A stretch of 64,000 nt of DNA from Chrysomallon squamiferum. Lineage: Eukaryota > Animalia > Mollusca. Shown in pieces: positions 1 to 22,795 of the stretch. Numbering within the stretch: the stretch's first letter is position 1; each line of letters begins with the position of its first letter. The notes beneath the pieces are model-generated. The model saw nothing but the letters and a program-made list of their open reading frames with translations, did not search any database and was not told the origin of the DNA. Location: positions 14,942,001 through 15,006,000 of the forward strand of contig CM022673.1 in assembly GCA_012295275.1 (NCBI GenBank), in the 5' to 3' direction. The translations under genes were made by a program, and so were the position numbers.

Positions 1-42
1 TGTACAGGTATGTATAGATGGAAACAAGGATGCATATAGGTA

Positions 43-682
43 TACAGTATACCCTCACCTGTTCGCGGTTCCCATTCGCCCGCATATTCGCGGGTTGGGC
101 TCTTAACCCTTTCGCATCGTATGCTGGTATACCAGGCGAGCGTCATAACGTCATAAAACAAATGCTCGGTAAACCGCAAAACAATTTTTTTTCAATTATT
201 ATTGCAAAAGTACGTATTTTTTATAAAAATGTTCGTTTAAGTTTTTTTGTGACCGTTTTTAATTTGTTTTAATTGCATATTATTACTGAATTGTATTATT
301 ATTATGAACTGTGCGTAATTTATCTGTCTGTTTGCCTTTAAATTTGTTCCAGTCAATTCTAATACATATGTTGTAAACATAACAAATGACTTTACGGTAC
401 AGTTCTATGCTATGCGGTATTACTGTCCTCCCTGGACGTCTTTCTGATTAAAATATTGTTTCAGTACAAAATTAAAATGCGTTTACATATTATTATTACA
501 TTAGTGAAATACATAACTGCATGCAATATTACTACATTATTACTGTATTAATGAGTAAGAGTGTCTTTAGAAAGTGTTTGGGAAGCATTTAGTACCGTAT
601 ATAATCTCATAATAGACGTTTTAAAACTGCATCCAATATTCGATTCATGGGGGGTAAACAACGAACCCCCAAGGAATATAGG

Positions 683-690
<8 letters not shown>
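43..690. mobile_element. Possible degenerate pogo/Tigger-like non-autonomous DNA transposon remnant
   Basis: Starts with TA|CAGTATACCCTCACCTGTTCGCGG, resembling Tigger/MER2-type termini. Has a short CCCGC..GCGGG hairpin (79-94). Ends near GGGGG...AACGAACCCCC...ATATAGGG (649-683), again like Tigger-family ends. The TIRs are not cleanly complementary, so this rests on recalled resemblance only. Confidence 0.25.
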
Positions 691-717
<27 letters not shown>

Positions 718-1241
718 TGTATGTGTGTATATGTGTGTCAAAAAAATAGAAACAAATAAACTGTTGTAAAAGTGTTTCTTTTTTATATGTGTATATCAAA
801 GATATCGTAATCTAAGAAAAATATTTCCGCCTCCAAGCAGCCTCATTACACTTTATTATCAGCAAAGGTTAGACAAATCAACCAGAATGAACAAATAATT
901 GAATATCTAAAAATAGTTGTACTTCCCAAGGACAAAATATAGATTTAAACATAAATGCATTTGTGTGGATATTTTTCATAAACATCTGAATACATATGTA
1001 TATGCACACCCACAATATGTATATGTATGTATGTATATAAATACGGTTATTAATGTCGATCAATGTTTAGTTGCTCGAATCTTTTGTATATTTATTGCTG
1101 TTATTGTTGTTGTTTTCGTTTCTGTGTTTCTTGTTTTTGATGATATAATATTATTATCTCTCATCATTATTTATTTGTTTATTTATTTTGCCTAAAGAAT
1201 AACGATTAGAACAAAGTCTTTAAACGCACACGCACCCCCAT

Positions 1242-1303
<62 letters not shown>

Positions 1304-1610
1304 TAAAGACACTGAACAAATTTTATATTGTTGGTATTTTTGAACTGAAACAACACCCAAATATTCATGGGTAGACCTAATTGGCTTGAAAAAAGACCAA
1401 CCTATTTAAAGTTTGAACTGAGGAATATTGATGTTCTGTTGATGACAAAGCAAGCTGTGACAAATGCTTTCTTTGTGTAAGTTCGATTATTGGGCCAGTA
1501 GGCACCAATGTTTATAGGCTGTGTAGTGTTAACGGCTATATCAAATTTCTTATTATATTTGTGGTGACATTTAAATTTAAATAACTTTATTTCATTTTAT
1601 TATTTATTTA

Positions 1611-1722
<112 letters not shown>

Positions 1723-2151
1723 GTTGTTATTATTATTGTTGTTGTTGTTGTTGTTGCTGCGTTGAGTTGTTGTAGTTGTATAAATGCGTAATAATCAATT
1801 CAAATTTATATAAAGTAAGTGGACTCCAGATGCAGTAAAGTTTGTTTTTTTTAGTGAAAATAGTAAGTTGTTGTTCTTGGCGTTGTCGTTGTGACAGTAT
1901 AGTAGCAGCAGCAGTAACAGCAGTAACAGCAGTAATAGTAATAGTAGTAAAAGCAGTTATTATTAGTAGTAGCAACAGCAGCAGCAGCTGCAGATGTTAT
2001 AGCTATTGTTGTTCAGTTTAGACTGTTTCCTCCAGAAATGTTTATGTAAGTTCTAAAATAAACATCTTAATTATTATTTCTAAGTTATAATATATATGTG
2101 TGTGTATATATTCAGCTGGATTCAGCTTCCAGATAGCATTATGAAACCAAA

Positions 2152-2182
<31 letters not shown>

Positions 2183-2267
2183 CGATATAAATTAATTAAT
2201 TAACACACAAATAAACACATAATTAAACGTTTATAGGTGTCGTGTAAAGAAATATCTGCATAATGTA

Positions 2268-3095
2268 TTAGTATAAAACGCGTCTACGCACCTTTTTCAC
2301 TGGACAGTCTCTGTAGTTTTCTGCGACCAGCGTCAGACATTCGACAAAGCCACCGTCACACATTGGACCGTTGTAGAAGTCGTTTTTCAGTTTGGCAAAC
2401 AGAGACAGTTTATCTTGAGACAGGCACCAGTCGCCCGCTTTGCAGTTGCCCGTCAGGCGAGCCATGATGTCCTTCGAGAAGAGCTTCCAGTAAACCGTTT
2501 CAGCCGTCTTGTTTCCGTTCAGGTAAACGTCGAAGGTGTGAGGAAGAATGCAGAATTTGTCCAAAGGAATCGGAGCAAAGCACTTGCCGTTCGAAGCAGG
2601 GCCCGACGTAGTTGTCGTTGTCGCCGTCGTAGACGGTCCGCTGATTGAAGTTGCATAGGACGTCGTAGAGAGCGGCGTCCCCGTTGTCGACGCTGGAAAT
2701 CGTGGCGACAAATTTGTCGTTCCCGATGTCGACGTTGGCGTTCCTGTTCCTGACGTCTGAGACGCGATCGTTGACGTCGAGAACGCCACGGAGGACGTAC
2801 CGGTTGCATCTGATGACGAGTTCACGGTGGATGTCGTCTGTGAAAAATTGCTTGGTCCTGTGTTTATGCCTGCAGCGTCTGTGGAAAAGATGGAACCTCT
2901 CGTAATGGTCGAGCTGGCTGTGGAATTGGATTCGCCATTTAAACTATTTTTCACTCCGTTGCCAAAGAGTTTTGATAACAGACCTTTAAGCCAGCTGTTA
3001 CTGCTTGATGTTGCGTGTTCACGTTTCTGAACGTCAACTTCGGCGGCTACAACAGCAGCTACGACAATCACTAAAAGCAATCCTGTAATCTTCAT
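2268..3095 (-). CDS. Secreted Ser/Thr-rich (mucin-like) protein with a C-terminal Cys-rich domain; uncharacterised
   Basis: 275-aa GC-richer ORF in an AT-rich background. Signal peptide MKITGLLLVIVVAAVVAA, a KR site, a long Ser/Thr-rich stalk and a ~105-aa domain with 7 Cys. Splice acceptor ttttactcag just upstream (3143-3144) implies a 5'UTR exon. A possible donor AAG|GTGCGT near 2291 means the true C-terminus may lie in another exon. Confidence 0.8.
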   Translation of the reverse strand: MKITGLLLVIVVAAVVAAEVDVQKREHATSSSNSWLKGLLSKLFGNGVKNSLNGESNSTASSTITRGSIFSTDAAGINTGPSNFSQTTSTVNSSSDATGTSSVAFSTSTIASQTSGTGTPTSTSGTTNLSPRFPASTTGTPLSTTSYATSISGPSTTATTTTTSGPASNGKCFAPIPLDKFCILPHTFDVYLNGNKTAETVYWKLFSKDIMARLTGNCKAGDWCLSQDKLSLFAKLKNDFYNGPMCDGGFVECLTLVAENYRDCPVKKVRRRVLY

Positions 3096-4218
3096 TATGC
3101 AGTTATAATTTCAAAGTTTATCAATAATATCAGAAACCTTTTCTGAGTAAAAACGAAAATTATGATTATTATCGTATATTTTTATATTATTTTTCTCCTC
3201 TGTCAATTTTTAAATGTATCCATAATCAGGAGCAAATCATACAAAACGAGAAAAACAGTAATTTCTTCCTGTCCACATAACAATTGCCAAACAGATCCTT
3301 CTTTCGTGGAAAAAAAATAAAATAATAATCAACAGACCTTCACGTTTCACAATTTCAAAACAGAAAGAAGATGTAAATCTGGTTTTAAACTGACTAGTAA
3401 CTTAGGGAAATGTACGCAGACAGAAGAACGTAGAAAGAAACGCGCATGCCTATACATTTGGAAAGGATAATGAACTGACGGCAACACGTGGGCAAGATTG
3501 ATTCCTTTAACCTGAGTCATATACGAAACTATTTCGTCAATATAACGAGTTAGTTGATCAAACATGAAGAAATTATTTCTTAGGATAGTTTCGTTTATTT
3601 CAGCTTTTACACACACATACTCACAAAGACACATACGTACATACCAACATATGTATATATATATATATATATATGATTCGAAAAGTTGCACAACAAACCA
3701 AATTATATAAAAGAACATTATGACGTCATAAGCATTTGACGTAATGATTATTAAAAAATGTCGCATTTATTTATTTATTTATTTACTGCAGAAATTGTCC
3801 AGGGTAAATGTACTTATTTTCTGTATGTAAGTTTTGGGGGTCTCAAAGATTTCAGAAAAAGTAAATATGTTTATGATTTTGGATATTATTAATTACTTCT
3901 TTTTTCTTTCTCTTTTTTGTCGGTTTGTTTGTTTGTTTGTTTGTTTGTTTGTTTGTTTCTTCTTCTTCTTCTTCTTATTGTTATTATTGTTGTTGTTGTT
4001 GTTGTTGGTTCTCTTTATTTTTCTTACTCCTATTTATCTGTCTCTCTCTGTGTCTATCTGTTTATCTGTTTATTTATTTATTTGTTTATTTATTTGTCTC
4101 CCTGTCTATTTACAAATAGATGTCTGTCTCATATGTGAATATTTTATTTGATTATTCAACTTTCCAAAAGTCACATATATAATAAACAAACAAACAAACA
4201 AACAAACAAATAAACAAA

Positions 4219-4253
<35 letters not shown>

Positions 4254-4572
4254 ATTTAATAAATAATTTTTAAAACTTTAAAAAACAATTCACAATGTTT
4301 TATTGGATACAGTAATATAATCCAAAGCTTAGAAATTCAAGTAAACAAATAAAAACTCGTTTATCAGGTTTGACATTATTATTAATAACCTTTGGTTTTC
4401 TATACACACTCAAGACCACGCACAAATATTTTTTACGGTTTACATATTTGTTATTTTGTATTCATACTTTATTGTTATGTTTAATGATGTTAATTGAAAT
4501 CATCGTGCACACAGTTTAACAATAACACAACGAGAAGAAAAGATTTGGTTTTGTGAGTTTTTTAATTTTTTA

Positions 4573-4606
<34 letters not shown>

Positions 4607-5413
4607 TAATTTTAAATAAATAACTAAATAATACTAGAAGCAGCATAAGCTGTAGCAGTAGTAACAGTAGCAGCTGCAGCAGCAATAACGTTATCTTTTG
4701 TAGCAAGAAAAGTCCTAACAGATTGAGTACGCGATAACTATCATTTTATTCTGTTTAGATTTTCATTTTATTTACTTGCTTATTCATTCATTCATTCATT
4801 CATTCATTCATTCATTCATTTCTTTTTATTTATTTATTTATTTATTTATTTTGTTTTCCTTTTTTCATAAAATGAATATCACAAATGAAGCATGAAAAAT
4901 GATTGCATTTGTTCATTCTTATAAGACTGTTTTTACACAAACCATTCAGCAGTAACTCGTACATGTGTAAAATTGTTTAGTCTGCTCGAATGTACCATTA
5001 ACAATACAAAACACATTTTCTTAATGATACTATTAAAAATGGAAAGTTATATTTAGTAGATATATACGAAGTGATTGTTTAATGCAATATAAATTTTCAC
5101 GGAACATGTTATTAAAAGTAGAATAATGAAATAATTTTATCAGACATTATTAATATTTTTTTTCAAAAGCGAAAGAGAGTGAATTAATTTTAAATAAGTC
5201 GATTAATATAATATAATGTAATAAATATAAATAAATAAAATAGAAAAACAAACAAACAAACGGGAAATAAATAAAATTAATAAATAAACAAATAAACAAA
5301 CAAATAAACAAACAGATATAATCGTAATGAAAACGTTTTAATACTTCGATATTAAACGTGAATTAAAATTGTAATTCATCTTTTGATATATTTTTTAAAC
5401 TTTATTATTATTA

Positions 5414-5444
<31 letters not shown>

Positions 5445-5977
5445 TTTTATTTTATTTTATTTTATTTGTTGTTGTTTATTTCCATTTTCAGCAGTCATTA
5501 AAAACCCCACCGGGAATCGTTTCTCAAGGGGTGTGGCCACAATTTCAGAAAAAGTACGTGGGTAACACTATCACTCTGATAAGAATAATTCTCAAGATGA
5601 TATAAGTTTAATTTTATAAATAATAATAAAAAAATAATAATAATAACAATATAATAAAAAAATATATATAATACATTTTTATTATTATTATTTTTTTTTT
5701 TTTAAATAATAAAAAAGAAGAAGAAACAACGAAGCGGGGTTGCCCACAACCCAGACAGCTCATTCGATTTGTATTTTTAAAATTTCAGTACATCACAATT
5801 TCAGTAACATTCTGCAAACATCCTCGTTCTTTTCATTGGTAGCTAGATTAATAATTTGATTGTTTCTCCGTAAAGTTTTGGTAACATTTCTAACTTGACT
5901 CCAAAACTGAAAAAAATAATAATAATAAAATTAAAATTAAATATCCATAAGATGACAAATAGTAAAACCGTACATAA

Positions 5978-6028
<51 letters not shown>

Positions 6029-6109
6029 TAATAATAATAATAACAATTAATAATAATAATAATAATAACATTAATAACATTAATAATAATAATAATGATA
6101 ATAATAATA

Positions 6110-6168
<59 letters not shown>

Positions 6169-6651
6169 GATGATTTATCATCATCATTATTATTATGATG
6201 ACAACGACAGTAATAATATTAAGAAGAAGAGGATGTAGAAAAATAATGACAATATATGCAAAACAGGTGTATATCAGAAACTGTATTGAATACAGAGGTT
6301 TGACACAGAGATTTGCAACCTTTCTTAAAAATGTAATTATAATGTAGTTATCACAGATTCAGTGAACGATAACAAAAACAACAAAAACAATATCAATATT
6401 GTACATAAAGCATAGACCTTTCGACTGATAGGTGCTCGGATCGTGCCCCGATATATTACTTTTGAAACTAACATGGTAAATTAAATAGGCTTACATTTTC
6501 AAAGACTGTAAGTATCACTCAAACATCAGCGTATCGAAAAAATGGTCTCTGAATTACTTACGATCGTGTGTTATAAACACAGTATACCACACGTAATAAG
6601 TTATTTAAAGGGTCTTAAAGTGTGTGTGTCCACGAAATGCATGACGTACCT

Positions 6652-14567
<7,916 letters not shown>

Positions 14568-15337
14568 TCTGAAAGATGAAGAAAGATGAATAATACATAA
14601 ACGGAAGATGGCCGAAGGATGAGATGATTTGGGACATTGGTGATTTGGTGTTTATGACCACTGATGACCACGTCCGTTCTTTCTTAATGACAGCTGTGCT
14701 TTGATTGAAAAATTGCGACGTTTGGACGGACCCGAAAGAGTAATTGTCATTTGATGCTGGGAAAGAGAGAAGAAGTAAATGATACCAAGCGTCTAGGGGA
14801 TTGGTGATGACGGTGGAAGAAATTGTGTTCAGGCTTCGATCCCGATCCTGTCATAATATTTGTGTTAAATTTTGAGTTAGTAAGTTAACAAGTAAAAACA
14901 GAGAAAAGTGAATGTAGTGTCCTGGTTAACTGTGACAGAAAATGGTAGACGTATGCTTGAATTAAAACCCCAACAGACGTACGCAAGCACAATTACAATA
15001 ACATACACACACACGCACAAATATACACGCACACACACACAAACATAAACACACATACACAAATATACCCACACCCAATGCGAACAAAAATGCACGCATA
15101 GATACACCAACAGTAAAATAATCTATTCAGATAGTGACACATACGAATAAGCAATATTGAATTTCAGTTATAATTCAGTAACGAATACCATTGAGGCACT
15201 GTTGAATGTTAATGATATTTTAATAATTATCTCAGTAATGTAGTGAGTAGGGACTAATCGAAGGTTAACGTGACCGTCTGTGAGGTTTCGGGAAACGAGT
15301 TCGATTCACGGGTTTGCTCTTGCTGTTTTATTTTGTT

Positions 15338-15372
<35 letters not shown>

Positions 15373-16470
15373 TTATTAACAGTGACAATGATTGTGATGA
15401 TTATGAAGATTATGATCATGCAGGATACAATGATACTGACATGTTAATTATAACGATGATAATGACGATGATGTCGATGATAATGACAAACAACTGACAA
15501 TGGTAATGATGATTATAATGATAATTAGTGACAATGCCCATAATGATAAATAATTATGATGACGATAATAATGATGACAATGATGTCGACAATGGTAAAA
15601 CATAAAGACAGCAGCAACGACCACTGCGGTGGCAGCTACAGTGGCAAGGATAGTCATGGTAAGAATTAATGCTGTTATAATTATTAGTAGGAGATAAAAT
15701 AAACGATGCTATATTCCTGAATTAAAGCGTACACGTGAATAAATGATCAAATAAAATACTTTATATTTCCATATTTATATGATTTTTATAACAAAAACAT
15801 GATATTAAATGAAACGCCGCCATTTTAACGCTTCGCATTATGACGTCATATCGTATATAGCTGTATTTTCTTGTAACTCTAGAACAAACATCAGAGGCAA
15901 ACATATTCGCCGTGTTCACGACGACGTAACGACAGCAGAAAAATGGAAAAGCCCATGTTTTATTAAACTGTACTCTTCTGTTGCTAAACTCAAATATTTC
16001 AGATTAGACGCCAGCAACACAAAATAAAGAATAACTCAGAATATATTTAGACTGCTTTTGATTAACACTGAAGGTACGCTTTAAAGTAAGACTTTCTAAA
16101 AACCGTAATTTTAAGAGACTGCACCTGCATTTCTTCTCGTATGTTTTACCCCATCGATCCAACAATTACCATGGACTACGCGTTTAATTGAAACTAGACG
16201 CAGTTTATATAACAAAGCGCCGAATAGCCAGGTTCTCATCAAATACTTTAATCTTAGTTTTACGTCTCTTTCGTATCCGCTCAAGGTGCGGAAGGTCGTG
16301 GAATTTATCTCTGATACGTCAGAAGCAAATATACAACCGCAAAATAAAATACATTACGTGTTGTCTTAAATAAAACACTTCCTTCCTTCTTCTTTATTTT
16401 TAGTTTATTTATTTGTTTATTTATTTATTATTTTTATTTTTTTTTTTTTTTTTTTTTTTTTTTATTTTTA

Positions 16471-16501
<31 letters not shown>

Positions 16502-17101
16502 TTTTTTTTTTTAAATTTACTTACTAACTTACTTATTTACCAATTTATTTTTTTATTTAACCCAAACTAAAATCACTGCTGATGCGTACAGTGATGTAAA
16601 CCAGATTTGAAACAGATAAGCGACGCGAGTGTTGTTCAGCTTGTGGGTGATGATATATCTTGCACGTAGGCTAAGCTATTTTTCTGACCTGAGTTAATTT
16701 GGTTAATCTGGACGTCTGCCACAGCCAGGCTCTGCTGTTAAGAATAGTTTAAGATGTTTGTTGTTTATGTTCCACTGAAAACATCTGCTGTTCATAACGT
16801 TCCTGAGGATTTTTTTTGAACAGTTTCGTGTCTTCTGAAAATTTCTATTTTTTTTTTTAAAAGAGTCTTGTTATTTATTGTACTGATTATGAAAATAATG
16901 TGCAGGTGGAATGTGACTTTGTTGTGTATGTGCGTATGTATATGTATGTATGTAATGTGTGTATGTGTACATGTATGTATGAATATATATGTATGCATGT
17001 ATGTATGCATGTATATATGTATATGTATGTATGTTTGTGTGTATGTATGTGTATGTAAGAATGCATGTGTCTGTGTATGGGTAAGAGAGAGATAGCGAGA
17101 C

Positions 17102-17178
<77 letters not shown>

Positions 17179-17633
17179 GGGGGGAGTGGGCTGTGAACAT
17201 GACTGAATATATATCACAGTTAGCTGATGTGTGTGTGTGTGTGTATATGTATATGTATGTGTGGGTGTGTTTGCTTATGAGACATAAAAGAATATATTTC
17301 GCCCACTGAAAAAAAAAACTTTAATTAATTATAATTTTTATAATTAACACATTTGTTTCCAAGACCACAGACCAATAACTTATTGATAGTAAACGTATTT
17401 GATGTAATTAACAATAGAAGATTAAGAATCATAATAAAAATATTCAAACAGTGATGAAGACGACAAATTAATAATAATACTAAAAAGATTTACCATTTTG
17501 TGAGTCGATCCAGTAACACTTCATTTCGCTAAGCACGAGGTGGCGATAATTTGGATAATCCGCTAACGTGTGATACGATATCGTATGATATTAATTTAAC
17601 AAGTTTTTATATTTAATATCATTGATGGCGTGG

Positions 17634-17646
17634 GTTGCCAGGTAAC
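17634..17646. promoter_or_regulatory. RFX X-box motif
   Basis: GTTGCCAGGTAAC matches the X-box consensus GTNRCC-N(0-3)-RGYAAC. It lies ~3 kb 5' of the patatin start codon. Motif match only. Confidence 0.35.
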
Positions 17647-17815
17647 AGTCATACATCACATAGCAATTACTGCCCAGTTCATTTATTCTCGTGACAGATA
17701 TTGTCTGAATGGTTATTTTCGGAAAAAAATATCAAATTACTCAAACTGTAGCATATTGTGTTTTATTGTTTTGCGTGCGTGTTGAAAATACTAATTTCTG
17801 AAAACAGTGGTCTTC

Positions 17816-17885
17816 GGTGCAAGCTGGATTTGAACACGCAACGTCAGCTTTCTAAGCGACCACGCTGAAAAAGCCCACTGCTGCG
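17816..17885 (-). mobile_element. tRNA-derived SINE-like head (Pol III B-box remnant)
   Basis: Minus strand reads cagtgg...agcgtggtcgcttagaaagctgacgttgcgtGTTCAAATCCagc. B-box is present, but no intact cloverleaf. Confidence 0.35.
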
Positions 17886-19035
17886 TTACCTTTATGAAGT
17901 TCCCCCTCCCTCGCCTTCGTACACCTTTATCAAAAGACGTACGAAGAACTCGCAGAGTGAGTGATGACAACGGTTATACTGGAATACAAAAGACCAGTGT
18001 ATATGTGGTGTAATTCTAGCAATATGTAATATTATTGATATCCAAAAACAACCCAGATTCCATGAATGTGTGATGTAGTATGGATAATTTCTGGTATGAT
18101 TTTCCTGTAGATATATGTTTATGCACGTCTATTATGACATGGCCTGTGATCTCGACAAAAAATATTCTGTCCAAAACAGGAGTTTTACGCTGAAGCAGAC
18201 GTCCTGTTTGATAAATCTGTAAAGAGAAAAATGCTGGGTAACAATAAATAGCAACATCTGAGGGGCAGTGCATTCCTGGATGCTGTAAATGATGATTAAG
18301 TTTTAAATGAAATAATCCAGACAATTAACAATTACTATATTCATCTCGGTCCCGACGCTGTAATCAGTAAGTTACGAATTAAATATGAATGTGTGCATGC
18401 TGTTGTTTTCATTGTCATTACTGGTACAATGGCTTCAAATCGAACTTACATCTCCCGCTGTATGAATAACTGACAATCAGATTAATGTAGCACTTTAGAA
18501 ACCGGTAAAACAATAACAACAACAAATCCTAAGAATCTTCTGGAGCTGGTTTAGAATGGGCAAAGTTTAGGTACGGTTACAGAATACAACACAATTTCCA
18601 TTATTAATTATAAGTTATAGAAACAGTTGTAGAACAATAACAACATCTGATGAACTCAGGCGTAAAACGTGATGTACCAGCCATTAACCTGAATGTTACA
18701 GAGACGAGCGAGAGGCAAGGCGGACACCTGTGTGTCACATCGCTGTGCACATTATATCCACATGTCTCGCAGCTTAATAAATTACCATAATTAAGTGAAA
18801 TAAATTATTAAAAATTAAAATGTCTTCTTTTGTTACGATAATGACTAAAAATTGATATATACATTTTTTAATTCTTGACCGCTTCACATTAACCAGATGT
18901 CGCCAACGACTGTCAAGCAGTTATTTTGCAAAACATTTCCATTGTAATAGATTAAATTAACAAACTATCGTGATTAAAAGTATTTTCACATGAACTGTTC
19001 AAATACAACTAAGTTCAAAACTTTTGATACTGAGA

Positions 19036-19172
19036 TACATTCCACAAATTTGCATTTAACCATAAAATGTATTCCTTTAAGGGATTCAACTAGATTAAAC
19101 TTTTGGTATTTAGGTACATTCCACAAATCTGCATTTAACCATAAAATATATTCCTTCACAAGGGACTGAAGG
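19036..19172. repeat. Direct duplication, ~78-bp period
   Basis: tacattccacaaat(t/c)tgcatttaaccataaaat(g/a)tattcctt...aaggga occurs at ~19036 and ~19114. Confidence 0.8.
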
Positions 19173-20939
19173 GTTTCGTAATCTGTCTTTTTACTTTTAT
19201 AAAGAAGACGGATGAAGACACAATGAAGTCTTGCGGACAGAACCAAGTTGGCGTGCGTACTTAGACCATCAACGAGATGAATAATTCGAATTATAACAAC
19301 GTAGTCTCTGCGTTTAAATATCGTTTGTAGTCTCATCTACAATTATACCAGTATACTGGATACCTTTAAATCAAGTTTTGAATCCACAGACTTTAAGTAT
19401 TACTCTTGATATTTTCTATTTAAACTGTTGAAGTTGTTCTTTCAGAATGTTAGAATACATTAGTTTATGTTCCTTGGTAAATATATTGTACAGTATAGTA
19501 GTATTACATTTAATTTTTGTTGTCGTCGTTGTTGTTGTTTATGCTATTATTTCAGAATGTAAAAGTAGATCATTTATATTCAGCTGCTGTAAACCCATTT
19601 TGTTACTGTAAGTATATAGTATATACATTTGATTGTTGTTGTTGTTGTTTTGTTGTTGTTTGTTGACGTTGTTCCTTCAGAATAGTTTATATTCAACTCC
19701 AAAAAAAACCCACTCTTCTTGCTGTAAATATACTGCATAATAGAGTATAGTGTTGCTGCTGCTGGTGAAGATTTTTTTTCAGAATGTAAAAATACTTAAA
19801 TGCTTACATGCTTACACAACAGGAGAGATGGTTTGGCATTTATTATGACAAAAAAGTTTAAAAGAAAAATTTTTATGTTTTATGATACATTCCTTTAAAT
19901 CCATCAACTGTTCTTTTTTCTCTCTTTCTTTTTTCTTACTTTTTTTTTTTTTTTTTTCTTCTTCTTTTTTTTTTTTTAATTTAATTTTATTTAAATTTTT
20001 TGTTGTTGTTGGTGGTTATTTATTTATTTATTTATTAATTTACTTAATTACTTACTTACTTATTTATTTACTAAATCTTTTTTCAAATAGATATGATTTT
20101 ATAACTACTCTTATTTAAAATTCCTATATAAAAAAAAAAATAATAAAAATAAAAAAAAATAAAATTAAAAAATTAAAAATAAAAAAAAAATCACAACTAA
20201 AAAAAAAAAAAAAAAAAGAAAGAAAAAAAAAAAGATAAAATAGAGTACACTTACACCCAATAAGGATTAATTAAAATAAAATATGATATAGTCCAAATAA
20301 ATTCAAATAAAACACTGCTGTGTAATTTCCAGTAAAATGCAGATATAATATATCTAGGTAGGCTACAATGTAGATAAAGGCAAAAAACAACAACTAAAAA
20401 AAAAAAAACAAACAAAAAAAAAACAGGAGAAAACTACAAGACAAAAAAGAAACAGTTATCTGAATGTCGATAGCGCAGAGATGAAATATAAATTTTATAA
20501 AATAAAGAAAAAACCGGACTTAAACGTAATTTACATAGATATAAATAGCTGATGACGGAAATGAACGTTGTATGTTTTATGTCTATATTTCTTATTAAAC
20601 ATCTGACACGTGATTCATTCACTTTGTCATATTTATCGTGTTTCCGTGTATTACCAGATATAAATTATGTAATAGTGTTGTGAGCTCGTGTATGGGAGAG
20701 TACCTGTAATATTTATGAATGTTGTGTGTTGGTATATTAGTACTAAGTGTATCTTTATCGTACTTTTATCTTCAACATTTATTTTATTATTAGTAGTAGT
20801 AGTAGTAGCAGTAGTAGTAGTAGTAGTAGTATATTAGTAGTAGTAGTTATATTAGTATTAGTACTGTTGTTGGTGTTACAATTATTAGTGTTATTGTTGT
20901 TGTCGTTGTTATCAATATTATGATTGTTATTACTATTAC

Positions 20940-20979
<40 letters not shown>

Positions 20980-22184
20980 GTTATTTTGTAATGAATAATA
21001 TTTTATATTTTAATTTCCTTATCCCACTCTTTCTTATTGTTCTCGAAAACGTTTCATAATATATATATAAATATTTCCACCTAAATCTTACTCTACACCC
21101 ACCCGTCCGTAACGCCAGCTATGGACCTATGAATGCCGCCGGCTTATCTTTACCAAGGTAAAACAGAACAGTGCGGAATTTCCAACACGAAACAACTTGA
21201 AGTATGTTCACCTACATACCTAACCTCGATTATCCATTAGTATCTGTAACACGAAACCCAAATAAAAACAGTTTAGTAATTAGAAACTACTTTTTGTCTC
21301 GAATTACTACCCAACGCTTCGATTCGTAATTCGATTAATTTATCGAGAAATACGCCCGAGATTTTGAAGTTGTTTTCTCGCTGCGGACGCGAGGTTAAAC
21401 TGACAAGAAAAAATCACCTACCTGTTGTTTTCACTTTTATATCTGCGCCGCTGTGAGCCAACAGGATTCCTGTGAAGTGTGTATATATAAAACTAGAACA
21501 CGTGCAGTGAATCTCTAAGTGTGTGTGTGTGTGTGTGTTGGGGTAATACCAGCTTCTCGATTACAGACGCACACGTTCGAATGTCGCCACTTCCGAGTGC
21601 ACGCAGATCTGATTCGACTTCTGGTGAGCGGTGGAAACACGTCAACCCGTAATACAGTTTTAGCGGCGTTCTTTTTATCAGCCGAGGTAAACTAATGGAG
21701 GAATTTTTTATTTTTTTTCAAAATTATTTCTTGTATTAGCATATACATTAGTCATAAACTGCACCCATACATCGTTAGTCCACCTCTCTATATCTCTCTC
21801 TTCTCATGTTTAAAATTACCAATCCTATTTTTTTTTTTTTTTTTTTTTTTATTTTATTGTTTTGATCTAAGCTTATGTATCCCAGTTTCTTTCACCCTTT
21901 TCTTCTTATTTTTTATTTTTTTTTTAAAACACGTTTAAATATATTGCTGCCAGGTCAAATTATCATTACAATCAAAGTTAAACGAAGGGAAAAATGTCAA
22001 TCGTCATTCAATTTAAAAATGATATGTTCACGCTGATTAGGTTTACGACACTTTGTAATGTGATGATAAACGTCAAAAATAAAAAAAACTTAATTTTTTT
22101 TTTAAAATTTAGAAAAAAAAAAAAATAAAAAAATAAAAATAAAAGAAAAGAAAAGATAGTTTATTCGAACCCAGTTATTCAACA

Positions 22185-22280
<96 letters not shown>

Positions 22281-22666
22281 GTCACTTTCTCTCTGTTTTC
22301 TTTTCTTCTTCTATTTTTGTATGCTCTTTCTCGCTCTTTTTATCTATTTATTTTCATTCTCTCTGTCCTCTCTGGTCCTCTTTTTTCCTCTTTAGTTAGG
22401 GAAATGGAGAAACATAAGGTTAAACATTTTTAAACAAATAATTATATCTATTGACCGCGTATGTACTTAACCTTTTGCATTTATATCAACAGCCGTTTGA
22501 AAATTTATCTCGTTGCTTTACATTCTGCTTGAAGGTGAAATAATATTATACCCGTATCGTATTCTGACGACCGTGTAATTAAAATAGATGTCATCTTGTT
22601 CTGTGATTCATGTTAGCTGTGTAATATCAAATTTAAAATTAGATACGTGAACAACAACAATAACTG

Positions 22667-22697
<31 letters not shown>

Positions 22698-22746
22698 CAA
22701 CAACAACAACAACAACAACAATAATAATAATAGCAACAGCAATAGC

Positions 22747-22795
<49 letters not shown>

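Noticed and set aside
103-130. TTAA|CCCTTT piggyBac-like terminus
   Set aside because: No matching opposite terminus or transposase found.
2415-3030. Overlapping alternative-frame and antisense ORFs over the secreted protein (likewise over the secernin, Lsi2-like and FGFRL1-like exons)
   Set aside because: Shadows of GC-richer coding exons with no recognisable features of their own.
15255-15315. B-box-like gttcgattc as a tRNA gene (also 17816-17885 and 32008-32068)
   Set aside because: No acceptor or anticodon stems; at most SINE relics.
18016-18324. 102-aa minus-strand ORF with faint NHL-repeat-like words (CPSDVAI, GHVII)
   Set aside because: Similarity is too weak and there is no consistent exon chain. 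It may be a decayed element; a profile search would be needed.
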